Shown one piece after another: positions 34,462-48,710 of a DNA stretch of 64,000 bases (the stretch's first letter is position 1; each line of letters begins with the position of its first letter). The notes under the pieces are model-generated. The model had not been told where the DNA came from. It did no database searches and saw only the letters and a program-made list of their open reading frames with translations. Where the stretch lies: assembly GCA_973895155.1 (NCBI GenBank), contig OZ316896.1, positions 3,324,738-3,388,737 of the forward strand, written 5' to 3'. Source of the stretch: Marsupella aquatica (lineage: Eukaryota; Plantae; Marchantiophyta). The position numbers were made by a program, and so were the translations under genes.

Positions 34462-35672
34462 AGGGAGAACAGGGAGAACAAGGAGAACAGGGAGGCAACT
34501 CACAATGGAGCTAGGTAGCTTGTGATCGAGCAGCTCGCGATTGTAGCAACAACAGATTGAGCACATCGCGATTGTAGCAACAACAATTTGAGCAGTAGGC
34601 GATTGAACTCTAGGCAAATGAGCTCCAGGCGATTGGGTGCGTGATTGAGCAGGCAATTGTAACAACAGGCAGCAAGCGACTGAACTAAGCAGCATAAGGC
34701 AATGGACCTAGGTAGCTCACGAATTGAGCTGAGCAGCAATGTCACCCAACACCTTTCTCTTCTAGCAATGGAGCTCAAGAGTGCAAGCAATGTCACCCAG
34801 ACCCTAAACTCTTCACAACAATGGAGCTCAACAACGCAACAATGCAAAGCAACAATGGCGGGGGGAAAAATAGAATTGAGCAGCACACATTGGGGCTGGG
34901 CAATGTGTGGTGCGTCCCATGGCTCCCTAAACCCAAGAAACCCCCCAGCTCAAGCCGATTCCCGCAGGTTTCGTGCTTGGCGAGGCCGTTTCCGCGGCTT
35001 AGCGGCATGGGACGCTGCTAACCTTCTACTACTACTATTAACATTTTACACACATATACTGGACAGATCCTTCATCGGGTCATGAGATACGTAGCCGGCC
35101 TAATATAGGCCTTCCCCTGTCTTCCCCTGTCTTCCCCTCCGTCTTGTTAGATATGTTTGGATTCCGCCGCCGGAATGATCCCCAATAGGCTTGGTTAAGC
35201 CGCTAAGACCTCTCTCAGCTCGACACATCCAACTCTCACTCCCCTGCTTACTTTCCTTCCTTCTGTTGATGTGGGCACTCTTCACACAAGTTAATGCGAC
35301 ACACAAATAGCAAAATGACTCATTCTGACTGAGTCATACCATGCACTTGCCATACAAACAGTACATCTCATACACAAGTTCTGCGAACTAAGCCGTGAGG
35401 CCAACTCTATTCAGCTCTTAGGCATGAGGAAACATGAATATACACAAGGGTCACTGTATGACTAACCGAGAGCTTCTCGTACTACTTGATCCCAGCCCGG
35501 CTGGTGCAAACTAAAAACTTGCTAAAGAAGAGGCCCTGAGCTCCCCGCTGCCCAGGTACTTATCCTGGTAGTGGATCCGCCATTCTTTGCATCGTAAGCC
35601 TAATCTACTTAACAGTAATCTACTTGCCCGAATCTACCTATGTACAGCAAGGCAGGAGCACAAGTGTTGCTC

Positions 35673-38445
35673 CTACCAGTGGGACCGCAATCCCACTAAG
35701 CTAAGTGTCAGGGCCGCTCCTGGTTCTGATCCTAATCCTAAACGTGGAGATCCGCGCCCGCCCTGCCCACTCACGCCTCCTCCCTCCACGTCCGCCCTCC
35801 CTAAAAGGAACGGCGCCCTTGCACCGTCACGACACCGGTGGTGGATCCTTAATGGACGCCCCAACGCTTCCTCCTCAGCCACTGCCGTAGGTTCATTCTC
35901 TGACAGATTACCTGCCCTTGACTGAGTCAACTCTCCATCGGCCTGACTGGGTCCACCTTCGGCTTCAGCCTCGACACCGGCCTCGGCAATACCCACGGCT
36001 TCGGCCTCAGCCACTCCCTCGGCTTCGGCCTCCCCTTCCCCTAGGGTAGTTGGATCCCTAGCCGTGACCCTGTCTGGGGTCGGTGCTGGGTCTACCTCCT
36101 TGATCACCACGGCCTGTGAAGTCGTATTACTCCTTGACCCTGAAGGTTTCCGCTTCTTCTTCGTTGGTGGCTCGGCAGCTGGTCCCTTCCCCTTCCCACT
36201 TACTTCCGGCACTGGTGCAGGTGGCGCGGCTTGTCCTTCGGCAATTACCACCTCTGGTAACTGGTTTGTCCCAACGGGAGATGGACCTGCTGCAGCTAAG
36301 CATTTAAATACTGCGGCTTGTTTCTTCAGCCGCTCTGTTTGGTTGTCGGCCCGCCGCTGTAGGTTCTCCATCTTCCTCGTGATTTCCTCCAACTCCTCTT
36401 GGGTTCATCCAGGTCCTTACGTGCCCCCTCCAGCTCGTTTTTGGCCTCCTCCTGCTCCCTGTGGGCTTCCTCCAATTCCTTCTTCAAGGTAGCCCTCTCC
36501 TCCTGGGTTGCTCTTAGCTCCTTGTCGAGCTCTGCAATGATGACAGACTCCATCTGGTTCATCTTGGCGTAAGTCTATTCGAGCATCTCGTCCTTCTCCC
36601 TTAGGTCGGCCTTGAAGCTGGCCGTCAGGGACGCAAGCTCCTGCTGCAGCGCCATAATCCCTTGATAGGATTTCCCTAACTCGGCCTCCTTCTGCTCAAG
36701 GGCTCCGCGGATTTTCTCGAGCTCCCCCTTCAACGCCCATTCCTTTCTTTGGGTCTCCGCCATGGCCCGGCTGTTGGTTGTTATGTGGGCCTCCTCTGTA
36801 TTCTTCAGCTCTCGCTTCCACTTCTCCCTCTCTTTGATCGTGTCGGCCAACTCTCCCTGCGTCTGAGTCAGTTTATCCTTGATATTCTGATTATCAGCCT
36901 GCGCGGTGTCCAACTGCCCCTGCATGATGTTCAGCTCATGCTGTTTAATCCGCAGTTCATCTTGGGCTTTCTTGGCCGCCCTTAGATCTTCAATCTCGGC
37001 TTCCATCCTCCTAAGCCGCCGAATGACCTCATCCTTCTTGCTTCTCTCTAAAGCCACCGCTTCTTCTAATTGGTGCTTCTCCAACTGCTCCCTATGGAAA
37101 AAGGGTCCTACCTCCAACTCCTCTCCAAAGATGCCGAGCGCAAGTTCCCCACACATCTCACCATACTCCATGGCTCTATTCTTAGCGTAGGTGGAGTAAG
37201 TAGAAGTGATCGGCATCGCCCATCGCGGCCTCTGCTCCCAAGCCGTCTTGCGGATCTCTTCAATCGTGGCTAGAGGTTTGCTTCCTTTTTCGGCTAGCCG
37301 CCTGATGTCCTCCGGCCAATCTCCTCCTGGTAAATCCTTTTCCCTAGCCAGGGCTGCTTCTTGGTATCAACTTTGGTCTTATTGCCTATCGGCAAGCCAA
37401 ACACTTCGGCAATTACCTTGGGAGTAAGATAGAAATCCTTCCCATATATCCTCGTGCAATTGGTCTCGGGTTCCCATGACCCCACGAATTCTAATAGGTC
37501 TGACTCCGGTACCTCCGGCTTCAGCCATGGTAATCTTACAAAGGCCTCTAAGCCGGATCCGGCCATGAAGCCTTGGTACTTCTTGGTCTGCATGGCCGTA
37601 AAGCATGCATCCTCCTCCCGTGCAAAATGTAGTTGCACCTCCACCGGTAGGGTTGCCGCCCAGCCCTTCCAGGTGTCATCCCTGGTTGGAATGGCCTTGA
37701 TGGGATCGACCTCCTCCTCTTCAGCTTCTCCCTGCCTCCTGCTCTGTTGCTCGGCTGGCTTCTTTGGTGCCGCCGACCTCGTTCTTTTTGTCGGGGTGGC
37801 TTCATCGTTGACGGCTCCCTTCCTCTTCATCTCTGCTGCTGTGGAGGTTTCTCCTAGCACCGTTGCCTGGGTCCACCTTTCCGTGCTACCCTTTAATTCC
37901 CAGTGTATGTCATTGCAGTTCTTGATGGCTTCTCGGATGCCGACGACGTTGTCTTTGCAAAACAGAAGATCGTCAAGTTGATTGGAAGTAGGCGTCCACA
38001 GGAACTCGTCCTTGATGAGTTCGCCTCCTAAGAAAGCCGTCTTCTACAGCTCCCACAATCGAGCGAGCTCCTGCCGTTATCGAGCTGCCCTTTCTGATTC
38101 CTCGTCCTCGTAAGTCTTGATGTACTCAGTTGCCCGTTCGAACAGGCATCCCCAGAAATGTGCCGCTTGATTGACGTTGCTCATACCCTCCTTAGGTCGA
38201 TCGTCAGTATCTACTCTCTCCCCGAGTGCTTGCCTAAGCAGCTGACAGTAGTTGGCCTCCCGTAGTCGTCTGCCTAGTTCGTGCTCGCAAATGAGCCACT
38301 ATCTCCTGCAAGCGCTCCTTACCCCTCTCCTCTGCCAGTCCTTCTTCCCGTTGATCCTTCCTAGCCGCCGACGCTTAACGCGCCCTAACCCTAATCGAGT
38401 TTTCACCCTCAGCGTCCTTACCTCCGGCCTCGGCCCGGGTTCCAT
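35673..38445 (-). mobile_element. Degraded plant-transposon accessory ORF (PMD/Transposase-associated-like segment followed by a long coiled coil)
   Basis: Consecutive minus-strand ORF pieces 37294-37860 (SGLEAFVRLPW...LLEFV...GKDFYLTPKVIAEVFGLP), 36575-37216, 36326-36562 and 35673-36392 (coiled-coil and low complexity), linked by frameshifts; GC-rich; candidate ATG at 38445. Confidence 0.55.
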
Positions 38446-38564
38446 GGTTGCCCCTAATTGTTTATATTTTCCTTGTTTTGTCCCTATACTAAGGTGTTCC
38501 TAGGGTGCCTTCCTGCTTTACCCACTTAACTGGCCGAGTGATTCCTGTCTAGGCATCACAGGGA

Positions 38565-38975
38565 GCAAAAGATGTCGAGATGATAAAAGAAGTTAAGGAG
38601 AAAAAAAGACGTCGAGGAGAGAAAAGATATCGAGGTGAGAAAAGGATGTTGAGATGATAAAAGAAGTCGAGGAGATAAAATATGTTGAGGAGAGAAAAGA
38701 TGTCGAGGTGAACAAAAGATGTTGAGGTGATAAAAGAAATCAAGGAGAGAAAAAGATGTTGAGAAGAGAAAAGATATCAAGAAGACAAAAAATGTAGAGC
38801 TAGGTGAGAAACACATGTCCAGGAGAGAAAAGATTTTGAGAGAAATAGATGTTGAGATGAGAAAAAAATTGAGGAGAGAAAATATGTTGAGGTGAACAAA
38901 AGATGTCAAAGGAGAACAAAAGGTGTTGAGCAAAAAAAATGTAAAGTAGAGCAAAAGATTTTGAGGTGAGAAAAT
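38565..38975. repeat. Degenerate GA-rich minisatellite
   Basis: Tandem aaagatgt(c/t)gagg(a/t)gagaa units. Confidence 0.8.
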
Positions 38976-39814
38976 AAATTTGACAATTTTTCCACCCTTA
39001 CTTGCGAATGGAAGGGGCAAGATGAAGCCTCTCCCTTCTCTTTTCCCATACATATCCCGCTTAGTTCCCCTTTCCCCTTGCCTCTTCCCCTCTTCATTTT
39101 GCTTCCCAGGCTTTCTTTGGGATGATAAAAGTCCAATTTTGTAAGATGATTGCGGTGAAAAACCATAGGAATATTTGTCATAGTTTATGGGTGTGAAATC
39201 CTCATTATCTTGGCACAATATATATACAAATATAAGTATTTGGGGGGATAAAAATCCTAAATTATCCCCCTTTCTCCCATTCTTCTCTTTTCCCCACCTT
39301 TTTAACATGTCTATGCTTGAAATTTTTCCCTTAAATTATTTTGTTTTCCTTTTATCTTCTCCCTCCCCTTTTTTTTCTAAACCCAGCCATTTTCTCTCCA
39401 ATATCCCATCATCTCTCATGAACACAATTATCAGTTTTACATTCTAGTACAACCTATAATCATGGTACTTTCAAGTACATTTGTCCTTCTTGAAGGTGTA
39501 CCTGAGTCTTTTCTCTTTGTGCATGTACTCTAAGCAAGTGTACGTGAGCCTCTACCATACCAATTAGTGTCAGATAGGAGAGGCAATGTGATAGTGTTGC
39601 TTGCATCTAAGAGTGATAAAAAACAATATTTTAAATGGACAATTAGAATTGGATCCTGCTTTTTTAATTTTTGTGAGTAGACAAAACCCAATAATGGCGG
39701 GATAGCATATTACAGAGTTAGATGGAAAGAACCTCACCATCACTCATGATTCATAAACTAAATGTCGAGGCAACTCATACTGCTGTAGTGTTGTAGCCCA
39801 ATGCTTGTGTGTTG

Positions 39815-40410
39815 CACAAAAGATTTCAAGGCGGGAAAAGATAGCAAGGTGAGGAAAAGAAGTTGAGGTTAGAAAAAGATAATTATCAAGGAGAGAAAAG
39901 ATGGCAAGGTGAGAACCCGGGTGAGAAAAAGATGCAAAGATGAGGAAAATATATCAAGGAGAGAATAGATGTCAAGGGTGAGGAAAAAATGTCTTTGTGA
40001 GATAAAGATTCCAAGGTGAGAAAAGATGGCGAGGTGAGGAAAAGAAGTCGAGGTGAGAAAAATATATCGAGGAGAGAAAAGATGGCAAGGTGAGAACCCG
40101 GTGAGAAAAAGATGCAAAGATGAGGAAAAGATGTCTTGGTGAGATAAAGATGTCAAGTGAGAAAAAGATGGCAAGATGAGAAAAAGATAAGATGTCAAGG
40201 TGAGAAAAGATCTTGAGGAGAGAAAAAGATGATGACAAGGGGAAAGTTGTCAAGGGTGGGAAGAAAATGTTGTGGTGAGATGAAGATGTCGATGTGAAAA
40301 AAGATGTCAATGCAAGGTAAAGACTTTTAAGGAGAGAGAAATATGAAAAGGCAAGAAAAATCAAGAGAAAAAGGTGTCAAGGCAAGAAAAGATGTCGAGG
40401 TGAGGCAAAA
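39815..40410. repeat. Degenerate GA-rich minisatellite
   Basis: Tandem aaagatg(g/t)caagg(t/a)gagaaa units with higher-order repeats (gagaaccc(g)ggtgagaaaaagatgcaaagatgagg x2). Confidence 0.8.
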
Positions 40411-42981
40411 ACATAATTGTAAGCTTTGCGATATAGTTGTTGAGACATTTTATGTGTGATCCCGACCATACAGATTGTGTGGTCATGTTCAATACCCGTG
40501 TGTTGCACTTAAGATGTTGTGTAAACGATGTCATTGCATAAAAGATGTGGAGAGCGTGAGCTAAATATATAGATGATGGTAATCGAGGCACATGCATTTG
40601 CACAACGCTAGGTCTAAGGTGACATCCCCACTCCTCCTCATGGCCTCCTGCCCCCCCTCCTCCCGCTCTCCTCTTCCAAGGCTGTCCCTTTTCTCTCCTT
40701 TTTCCCTCTTATTCCTTACTTAATTTCTTTACTGTATTTTCATCTCCACTTGCTCCACTTTGTCTCATCCCTTCCACCTAGGTACTTATGGGTGGTAACA
40801 CAATATATATTTAGCCCCTCACCCATGGGTGCATCAATTAATTTCCCCTCCCTACTTTGAACTCTATGGCTTCTAGTCTTGTCCCCTCATAATGGTGTCC
40901 CAAGTGCCCCTATCCCAATGACAACACATGGCACCCAAGTGCCCCCATCCCAATGACAACACATGGCACTCACAGAGAGCCTATGCCATATCTCCTTATG
41001 CCATATCTTTCTCCTAGAGAATCTAAGTGGTATATCAAAATACTTGTTTTGTCTCCTTTGGATACCAAAGTTGTATGGTTGTTCCCGTAACTCAGTCCTT
41101 ACGGCCAACTTGTAACTTGTTCCATCCGTATTTTGAGACAACCTATTGTAGTACTTGTTGTCAGTAGTGGAGGATTTGTGGAGGGTTTAATTTGTCTAGA
41201 TGCCGGAAATAGAGGCATTCATGGAATCTAGTTTGGCAATTTAAAGTCCATACAAAGCAAAATGAGTGTAGAGAAATTGCTTTACATTAGAAGCTAGAAT
41301 GTAAGCCAAAATGTGTCAGGTCTAAAGATAATAATACAAAACCCTATTTGGAAAGGGCACTTGAGTACATTCTCTTCTAAGTTTTTGACATTGTCTTTGA
41401 TTCCATCCAAAGCAAAATGAGTGGGGAGAAATTGCTTTACATTAGAAGCTAAAATGTAAGCCAGAGTGTGTCAGGTCTAAAGATAATAATACAAAACCGT
41501 CTTGTCATTAGAAAGGGCACTTGAGTACATTCTCTTCTAAGTTTTGACAAACGTATAAGAAAAACATACCCACTAGCAGATGAATAGGATAGTTCAGGGT
41601 TTTGCCTTCAAAAGAAAGTGCTTGTTCAAAGTGTTGTTACTATGAAAATGTTATCTGCAGAAAAGACCAGCAAGTGGCCCACTAGCATATGAGTAGGATA
41701 GTTCAGGGTTTTGCTTTCAATGAAAGTTCCTGTTTAAACCGTTGTGGTTGTGAAAATGTTATGAGTTGGAACTTGCACTAATAAATGGTTGCAAGGTAAA
41801 AGTAGCATGGGGGAGTAGAATGATCCTGATATGAAAATGTTATCATTAAAGCATCTCAAAGGCTGGAGTTAACAAGATAAGGCCCTCCCATACCTCCAAT
41901 ATTATAGGAACTGCCGTAAAAGTTAGGGAGTTAAACTTCAGTTACCAGGAAAGCCCATGGGCTGAACACTTAACCTGTAACTTTCCCACACCTGCACGGA
42001 AACTGTTACGTGTGTAGCTAGGAGAATCATTGAAACGGTCTTTGCATAGAGGATCTCAAATTGGAACATGCTGCTCCACTTGAGAGATTTCTGATTCCCA
42101 TTGTTTGTCCCTGGCTCCGTGTCGTTAATTTAATCGTTATCGGGCGTAACTACATTACGTACTGTAGAAGGACATAACTTTTCATAATGCGTAAAGTTTT
42201 CTACCTTGTTCAGATTAAAGTTTGAGGAAGCTTAGAAAAGAAGTCAACAATCCCCCCTCTGGTAATCACACATCAAAATGTGTTGCATTCATTGAACATC
42301 AAAATGTGGCTCTATTCATTGATTGAAAGAAAAAAAACTAGGGTTATCACACTTTGCAGGGGTGTCATACATAGTATATGTCAGAATTACCGAGACCCCA
42401 ACAATCCGCAAAGAACAACTTGACCCGAACGCTGTGAGGAAGCTTCCAAAGCAGGCGGCAGGAGGAGTAAATGTCTTTGCAAAGTTATATTCATGGTGGT
42501 AATTCTAAAAGTCCAGCACGTTTTCAGGTTGTATAATTCTCCCATCTGGACCCCATCTGGAATCAAGGCCAGATCGACCCCACTGCGATCTGAAAAGAAG
42601 TCAATCTGGACGAATTTGTGGCACTGACTGTTTCATGCATTTCCACTTTAATCACTCTATCACGGTACCACACATTCAACTGTTTCATGGACGACGCGGA
42701 GGTGATCGAGATTCCTGACGATATCAGTAATTGATGAGGTAGCCTTTGATGAGCCTTTGCGGCATATGTTTTACATTTTTTATGAAACCCAATAACTCGG
42801 ATCGCAGCAGCCTAGCTTCTCAATCACAGAAACTGGAAGATGTAAAGGGTTTGATGGCTAGCCAGGCAAGCTCGCTGGAAGCTAGCCTTGAGTTCTCCAA
42901 TCCACGATCACACTGCTGTACCCTCAGCACGAATGAATGTCACCGCCCAAATAATTATGGAAGCAAGAGGACAGTGGCATT

Positions 42982-45900
42982 TGTCGTTTACCTCTTTTGT
43001 CGATCTCCTGTTATCTTGACACCTGTTTTAGTTTAGACTCTACGCTACCCCAGGCGCGCCCCCACTGGCTTTTCACCTGGAGTTTTTTACTTTTCCCCTT
43101 CTGCCTTTTCCGGGGAAAAAATCTTGATGTCCATTTTGACATCTATTTGTTCTCTCTCTTGAATGAAAGCAGTACGCATTATTTTCATTCCATCTTTTGT
43201 GCAAGAGTTTTTCCTGTCGATCACGACTGTCAATCACAGGTTATGGGCCAGTTGAAGTCTACAACACTCTTTCACGACTAATCCGTGCATTCTAGTCAGA
43301 GTGATTTCCTGTCACTAAGCAGTAGTTCTTGCTGGTTTCCGCTAGTTTTTTCTGCATCTGGATCTAGTTTTGCGTCACTATTTTCATACACCATGCCTTC
43401 CAATTTCACGGGAGGCTACAACATTCATTTGGTCCCCCACCTTCTAGGTAGTTCTAACTACAAATCTTGGAAACGTAACATCAGTGCAACTATTCGTGCA
43501 TCCGGTGTCTGGAAATACATCGATGGCACTGCCATTGCTCCTATCCAACGCCCTGCCGAACTTGATTATGTTTTCCAAGAACGACTTGATACTCATGATC
43601 TTAAGGAAGCGCAGGCCAGGAATATAATTCTTTCCACTTGTTCTGAAAGCATTCAGTTCTCCCTCGATCATGCTACAACTGCTTAGGAATGCTGGACTAA
43701 CCTGGCTGATGCCTTCGCTTCTGAAGGAATTATCCAGAAATTTGACGTTTGGGCACATTATGCTAGAATGCTTTATAATGGAGAACCGATAGAAGAATAC
43801 TGCAATACGTATCGATCAACATTGGAGCGTGTTCAGAGTGTCGGTATTAAGCTTGATGATGACATCAAACCTTTACATTTTATAAGCAATGTAGAACGTC
43901 ACTTTTCAAACTGGTCTTTCTCTAAGCGGGAGCAGATGCGCACTTCACCGAAGACACTTCCATCTCTTGCTGCTCTTATTCGTGACCTTACGGACGAATG
44001 TTGGCGATTGAATTTGGAACAGGACAATGCATTATCCTCTTCTGTTTTCCAACTCCAGACTACTTCTTCATTTCCTAATCCTCCAGTTGTTTCTCCGTCA
44101 CCTACCGTATCCTCATCTTCCAAGAAACCTTTGAAACGTGATACCTGTATTTTCTATAGCATTCCTGGTCATAGAGATGATCGTTGTTTTTACAAACACA
44201 CACATATCAGGCCTGAAGGCTGGCAACCTCATCCCAGCATTTTAAAACGATTACAGACCCGTGTCCCTGCTAATCATTCTATACTCAGTGTTGCCTCTTC
44301 CTCCGTTCCTTCTGTCTCTACTAATACTCCGACACATCTTCATGATGAAGAGACTGTGGATCTTTTCTCTGGCAACCTCCATGTTGCATTTAATCATCAG
44401 TTAACCCCTGGTCTCCATCTTGACGTTTGGATTGCTGATTCGGGCGCTAGTCATCATTTTTGTAACAATCGCGCTAGTTTCACTACGTACACTCCTGATC
44501 CCCTTCCAATCAATACCGGTTCAGGATCTACTATTTCCCCTGGTCGAGGCTCAGTCGTCCTTCAAATACAGCAATCTGATGGTTCTTCCAAGGAAACAGA
44601 ACTTAGTAATGTTCGATACATGCCATCCAGTTTTCTTAACACCATTTCTGAAGATCTGCTTGAGCAATGCTGTATTTTTTGGAACGGTGAACTTCAAAAG
44701 TTCATTCACTCTCCTACCGGTGATGAATTTGCTACCATCAAGAAACATAATGGCCTGAAGACTTTCACGATTTTACCAGTTACTCAGTTGGCAATGTCTT
44801 CTCATTCACAGTCTGATGATATCAATATTTGGCATCGAAGATTGGCACACCTTCATCCGGCTGCCATTCATACTCTTCTTCAACGTCTTCATATTACACT
44901 TTCTGATTCTACTCCATTTCGACACTGTGAAGTATGTGCTTTGGCCAAGTCTACTCGGATTATTTCATGATTTCCACACGCTCGTGCTACAGCCCCGTTT
45001 CAAAAGGTTCATTTCGATCTTTGCGGCAAAATTTCTACTCCTGGCATTGGTGACAAGCATTATTTTCTTGTCATTACTAATGATTTCTCTCGTAACCGGT
45101 GGACCACGACTTTGACTTACAAGAATGAGGCATTGGCGCTGATTCAAAAGTTTTTTCAAATGGTAACTACTCAATACAAATCTTCTATTCTTGAAGTCCA
45201 TCTTGATAATGGTCTTGAATTTGGCGGCAATCAGCTAAAGGATTTTTTGGAACACCAAGGCGTACACATTTTCAACTCTGCTCCCTATCATCACGAACAG
45301 AACGGGATTGCTAAACGCGCCATTGGAGTTATTTCTGCTAAGGCCCGAGCCATGATGATTGACTCTCATCTTCCCAAATTACTTTGGCCAGAAGCGTTTC
45401 TGACGGCAACATACCTTGCTAATCACTCACCTACTTCTGTTAATCCTCTATCTGAGCCTCCTGCTTCTCGCCTTGCTACCGTTTTACACCTTCCTTACGT
45501 TTTCCGTTTTGACCGGCTTCATGTTTTTGGTGCCCTTGCCTATGTTCATATTCCTCCTGAGACTCGTCTCCGTGGTGACAAATTTATTGCTCGGGCCAAA
45601 AAAGGTTACTTCGTTGGTTATGCCACGGGTCAAAATTTTTGTATCTGGTTTCCACATAATTCCTCCATTATTCAATCCGCTTATGTGCATTTTGATGAAA
45701 CATCTGAGCGTGATTCGTGTTTTCAAATTCCTAAGTCTACAGTTTCTTCTTCCCCTGATTATGTGGAGATTTTTGTCCCTTCTTTTGTTCCCCGACTTAT
45801 TCGTCCGTCTGATAATCTTGACATTGGAACACCTCACCAATCACTTCTTCCCATTATTCCTCCTCCTCTTGGTACTCCGCCACTTGAGGAACTACATGCA

Positions 45901-48005
45901 GATTTGCAGGCCACTCCCGTGATCACCCGTGTTTCTTCTCGATCCAATAAAGGTGTTCCTCCTGTTCGTTTTCGAGATACATCTGTTATCTCTCAGCCTT
46001 CTCAGTTACTTCTACATCAACACCTCCTTATAAACACTCCGCCAACTCTCCTTTACTCTTATCATAGTGCATTGTTTTCCACTTTTCCCTCAGATGTTCC
46101 CAACACTCACACTCAAGCTATGGCAAGGCCCGATGCTGCTCACTGGAGAGAAGCTGAATTACGAGAAATCAATCAGCTCCACAAACTCAAAGTGGCTCAT
46201 CTAGTACCACTACCTGCTGGTGCTCGTCTGTTACCATCCCGATGGGTCTACAATCTTAAGCGTGACGGACTTTACAAAGCACGTTTTGTTGTTCGAGGGG
46301 ATAAGCAACGTCCTGGAATTGATTACGATTCTACTTTTGCATCTGTTGTCCGGCCTGAGACTTTCCGCACTATTCTGGCACTAGTCACCATGCATAATTA
46401 TGAGGCTCATAGCTTTGACGTAGTCACGGCTTTTATCTATGCCTTACTGAAGTCACCGACACCAATATACGTCAGGCCTCCACCTGGATACGAGACATAT
46501 GATGCTAATGGTGCCATGCTTGTATGGCTACTTATTCAAGCTCTTTACGGTCTTCGACAATCTGCTCGAATGTGGTATCATGAGATTGTGGAATATGCCG
46601 CTACTTTTGGTTTCATACCACTTCCTTCTGATCCCTGTGTCCTACAAAATTCTGTTGGGGAGCTAATCGTCCTTTGGGTTGATGATTTAATTTTTGTCTC
46701 ACCAACCTTATCTGGAATCCATAACATTCGTGACAAGCTCACTGCTCGTTATGAACTCAGAGACCTTGGTGAGTTATCTGATTATCTGGGCATGACCATT
46801 ACCCGAGATCGTTCCCATGGCACTCTACATTTGGGTCAAGCGCCTTACACTCTTAAGATCCTGCAACGATTTCATCTTGATTCTAGTTTACCTCTTACTT
46901 CTCCAAGCACAGGTACTGATGATCTCCATCCACATCTCAAGCGACTGATAATGATAGGCAACGCTATCAATCTATGATTGGCTCCTTGCTTTATCTTGCA
47001 GTCTGGACTCGTCCCGACATTGCTGAACGGTGTTCCAAGCTTGGGCAATTTGCTCATAATCCGGATTTGACTCATGAAAGTGCACTTCGATCAGTTTTTC
47101 GATATCTCAATACCACTCGACAGCTGGGCCTCACTTTTGGTATCCACGATTTTTCTGGTTTGGAGATCCATTCTTTGGGATTTTCTGGATTTTCCGACGC
47201 TTCTTTTGCAGACAATATCTCAGATCGAAAATCCACTAGCGGCTATCTTTTTAAACTTGGCGATGGCTCTATTTCTTGGAAATCTCGAAAGCAACCGATA
47301 ACTGCAACGAGTTCTATTGAATCTGAATACTTAGCTTATTCTCTGGCTTGTAAAGAAGCGGTGTGGCTGCGCCAGTTACTTTTCGACTTACGTTATACTC
47401 TGGCTGATGCCCAGCGTGTTATTCTCTATGGTGACAACCAACCAGCTATTTCTCTCACATACAATCCCGAGCATCATTTCCGCACTAAGCACATTGGAGT
47501 TCAGTGGCATTACATTCGTGAGCAAGTCAAAGATGGTGTGATTGAGATGAAATACCTATCTACTGCTCTTATGCCCGCAGATGGTTTCACAAAGCCCCTC
47601 CAAGGGCTTAAATTTGCTAGATTCGTAGAGATGCTAGCTTTACAGTCTTTGCCTTCGTAGCAGACATTCGTTTTTCAGAAGATCTGAGGGGTCTGTCGTT
47701 TACCTCTTTTGTCGATCTCCTGTTATCTTGACACCTGTTTTAGTTTAGACTCTACACTACCCTAGGCACGCCCCCACTGGCTTTTCACCTGGAGTTTTTT
47801 ACTTTTCCCCTTCTGCCTTTTCCGGGGAAAAAATCTTGATGTCCATTTTGACATCTATTTGTTCTCTCTCATGAATGAAAGCAGTACGCATTATTTTCAT
47901 TCCATCTTTTGTGCAAGAGTCTCTCTTGAATGAAAGCAGTACGCATTATTTTCATTCCATCTTTTGTGCAAGAGTTTTTCCTGTCGATCACGACTGTCAA
48001 TCGCA
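42982..48005 (+). mobile_element. Full-length Ty1/copia element, copy 2 (LTRs 42982-43238 and 47694-48005)
   Basis: Same GCATT TSD and flanks as copy 1, so it was copied by the segmental duplication rather than by transposition. Confidence 0.97.
43393..47660 (+). pseudogene. Copia gag-pol polyprotein, disrupted (copy 2)
   Basis: Same two stops and frameshift as copy 1. Confidence 0.95.
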
Positions 48006-48657
48006 GCATTCTCACACTCTGACTGCTGCTCAACTTCCCAGTCCTAGTAATGAACCAACCTGCAAGCCAGTGAACAACTTCTAGCAGAATGACCTCAGAT
48101 GGACATAATCATAAGCAGTCCTTTCCCTAAACTACAGTAGTCGATAGATGCTGTGGAGGACGATAGATACGGAAGGTGGAAGGCGCACGGGGACATAGTT
48201 TGAGCCAATCCTACGATGACGAAATTCGGAGAACGTCCACGAGCTCTGAACAAAAATCCGCTCGCTGAAAGAATGTTTTTTGTTCACCATTTGATTCGTT
48301 CACAGGGTTGTCCTGATGGCACGGCTGGGGTATGGTTTCTTGGCCAGGTGTGCCATCAGGGGTATGGTTTCTTGGCCAGGTGCTGGTGTTCACCACTCCC
48401 TCACTCCTGCGCAGAGTGGCTTTGAGCTGTTAAAAAGGAAAGAAAAATATGGACCATCAACGCTAACACACCAACCACTATAATATATGATCCTTCCATT
48501 TCTTTCCTAGCATCTTCCTACGAAATGCAATCTGGGCGGGATTTGTACACTATCCCTAGCTGACCGGGTTTTCCCACTATCCTTCTATCCTGCAATCGGC
48601 TGTACTCTTGCTAATTCTTGCCGGGATTCCTGCCCAAATTTATGTCTTTCCAAGCTC

Positions 48658-48662
<5 letters not shown>

Positions 48663-48705
<43 letters not shown>
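48663..48705. repeat. (TC)n microsatellite, copy 2
   Basis: TC run 4 units shorter than in copy 1. Confidence 0.95.

Positions 48706-48710
<5 letters not shown>

Larger units (their letters stand above)
14068..41242 (+). repeat. Tandem segmental duplication, copy 1 (~27.17 kb)
   Basis: aaagtccatacaaagcaaaatgag at 14068 recurs at 41243; ORF track repeats with offsets 27174, 27166 and 27167. Confidence 0.97.

Noticed and set aside
34500-35085. C/L-rich overlapping ORFs
   Set aside because: Derived from low-complexity agc/caa repeats upstream of the MAM33-like gene
42982-48005. Second copia as an independent, active transposition
   Set aside because: Same TSD, flanks and inactivating lesions as copy 1, so it was copied by the segmental duplication
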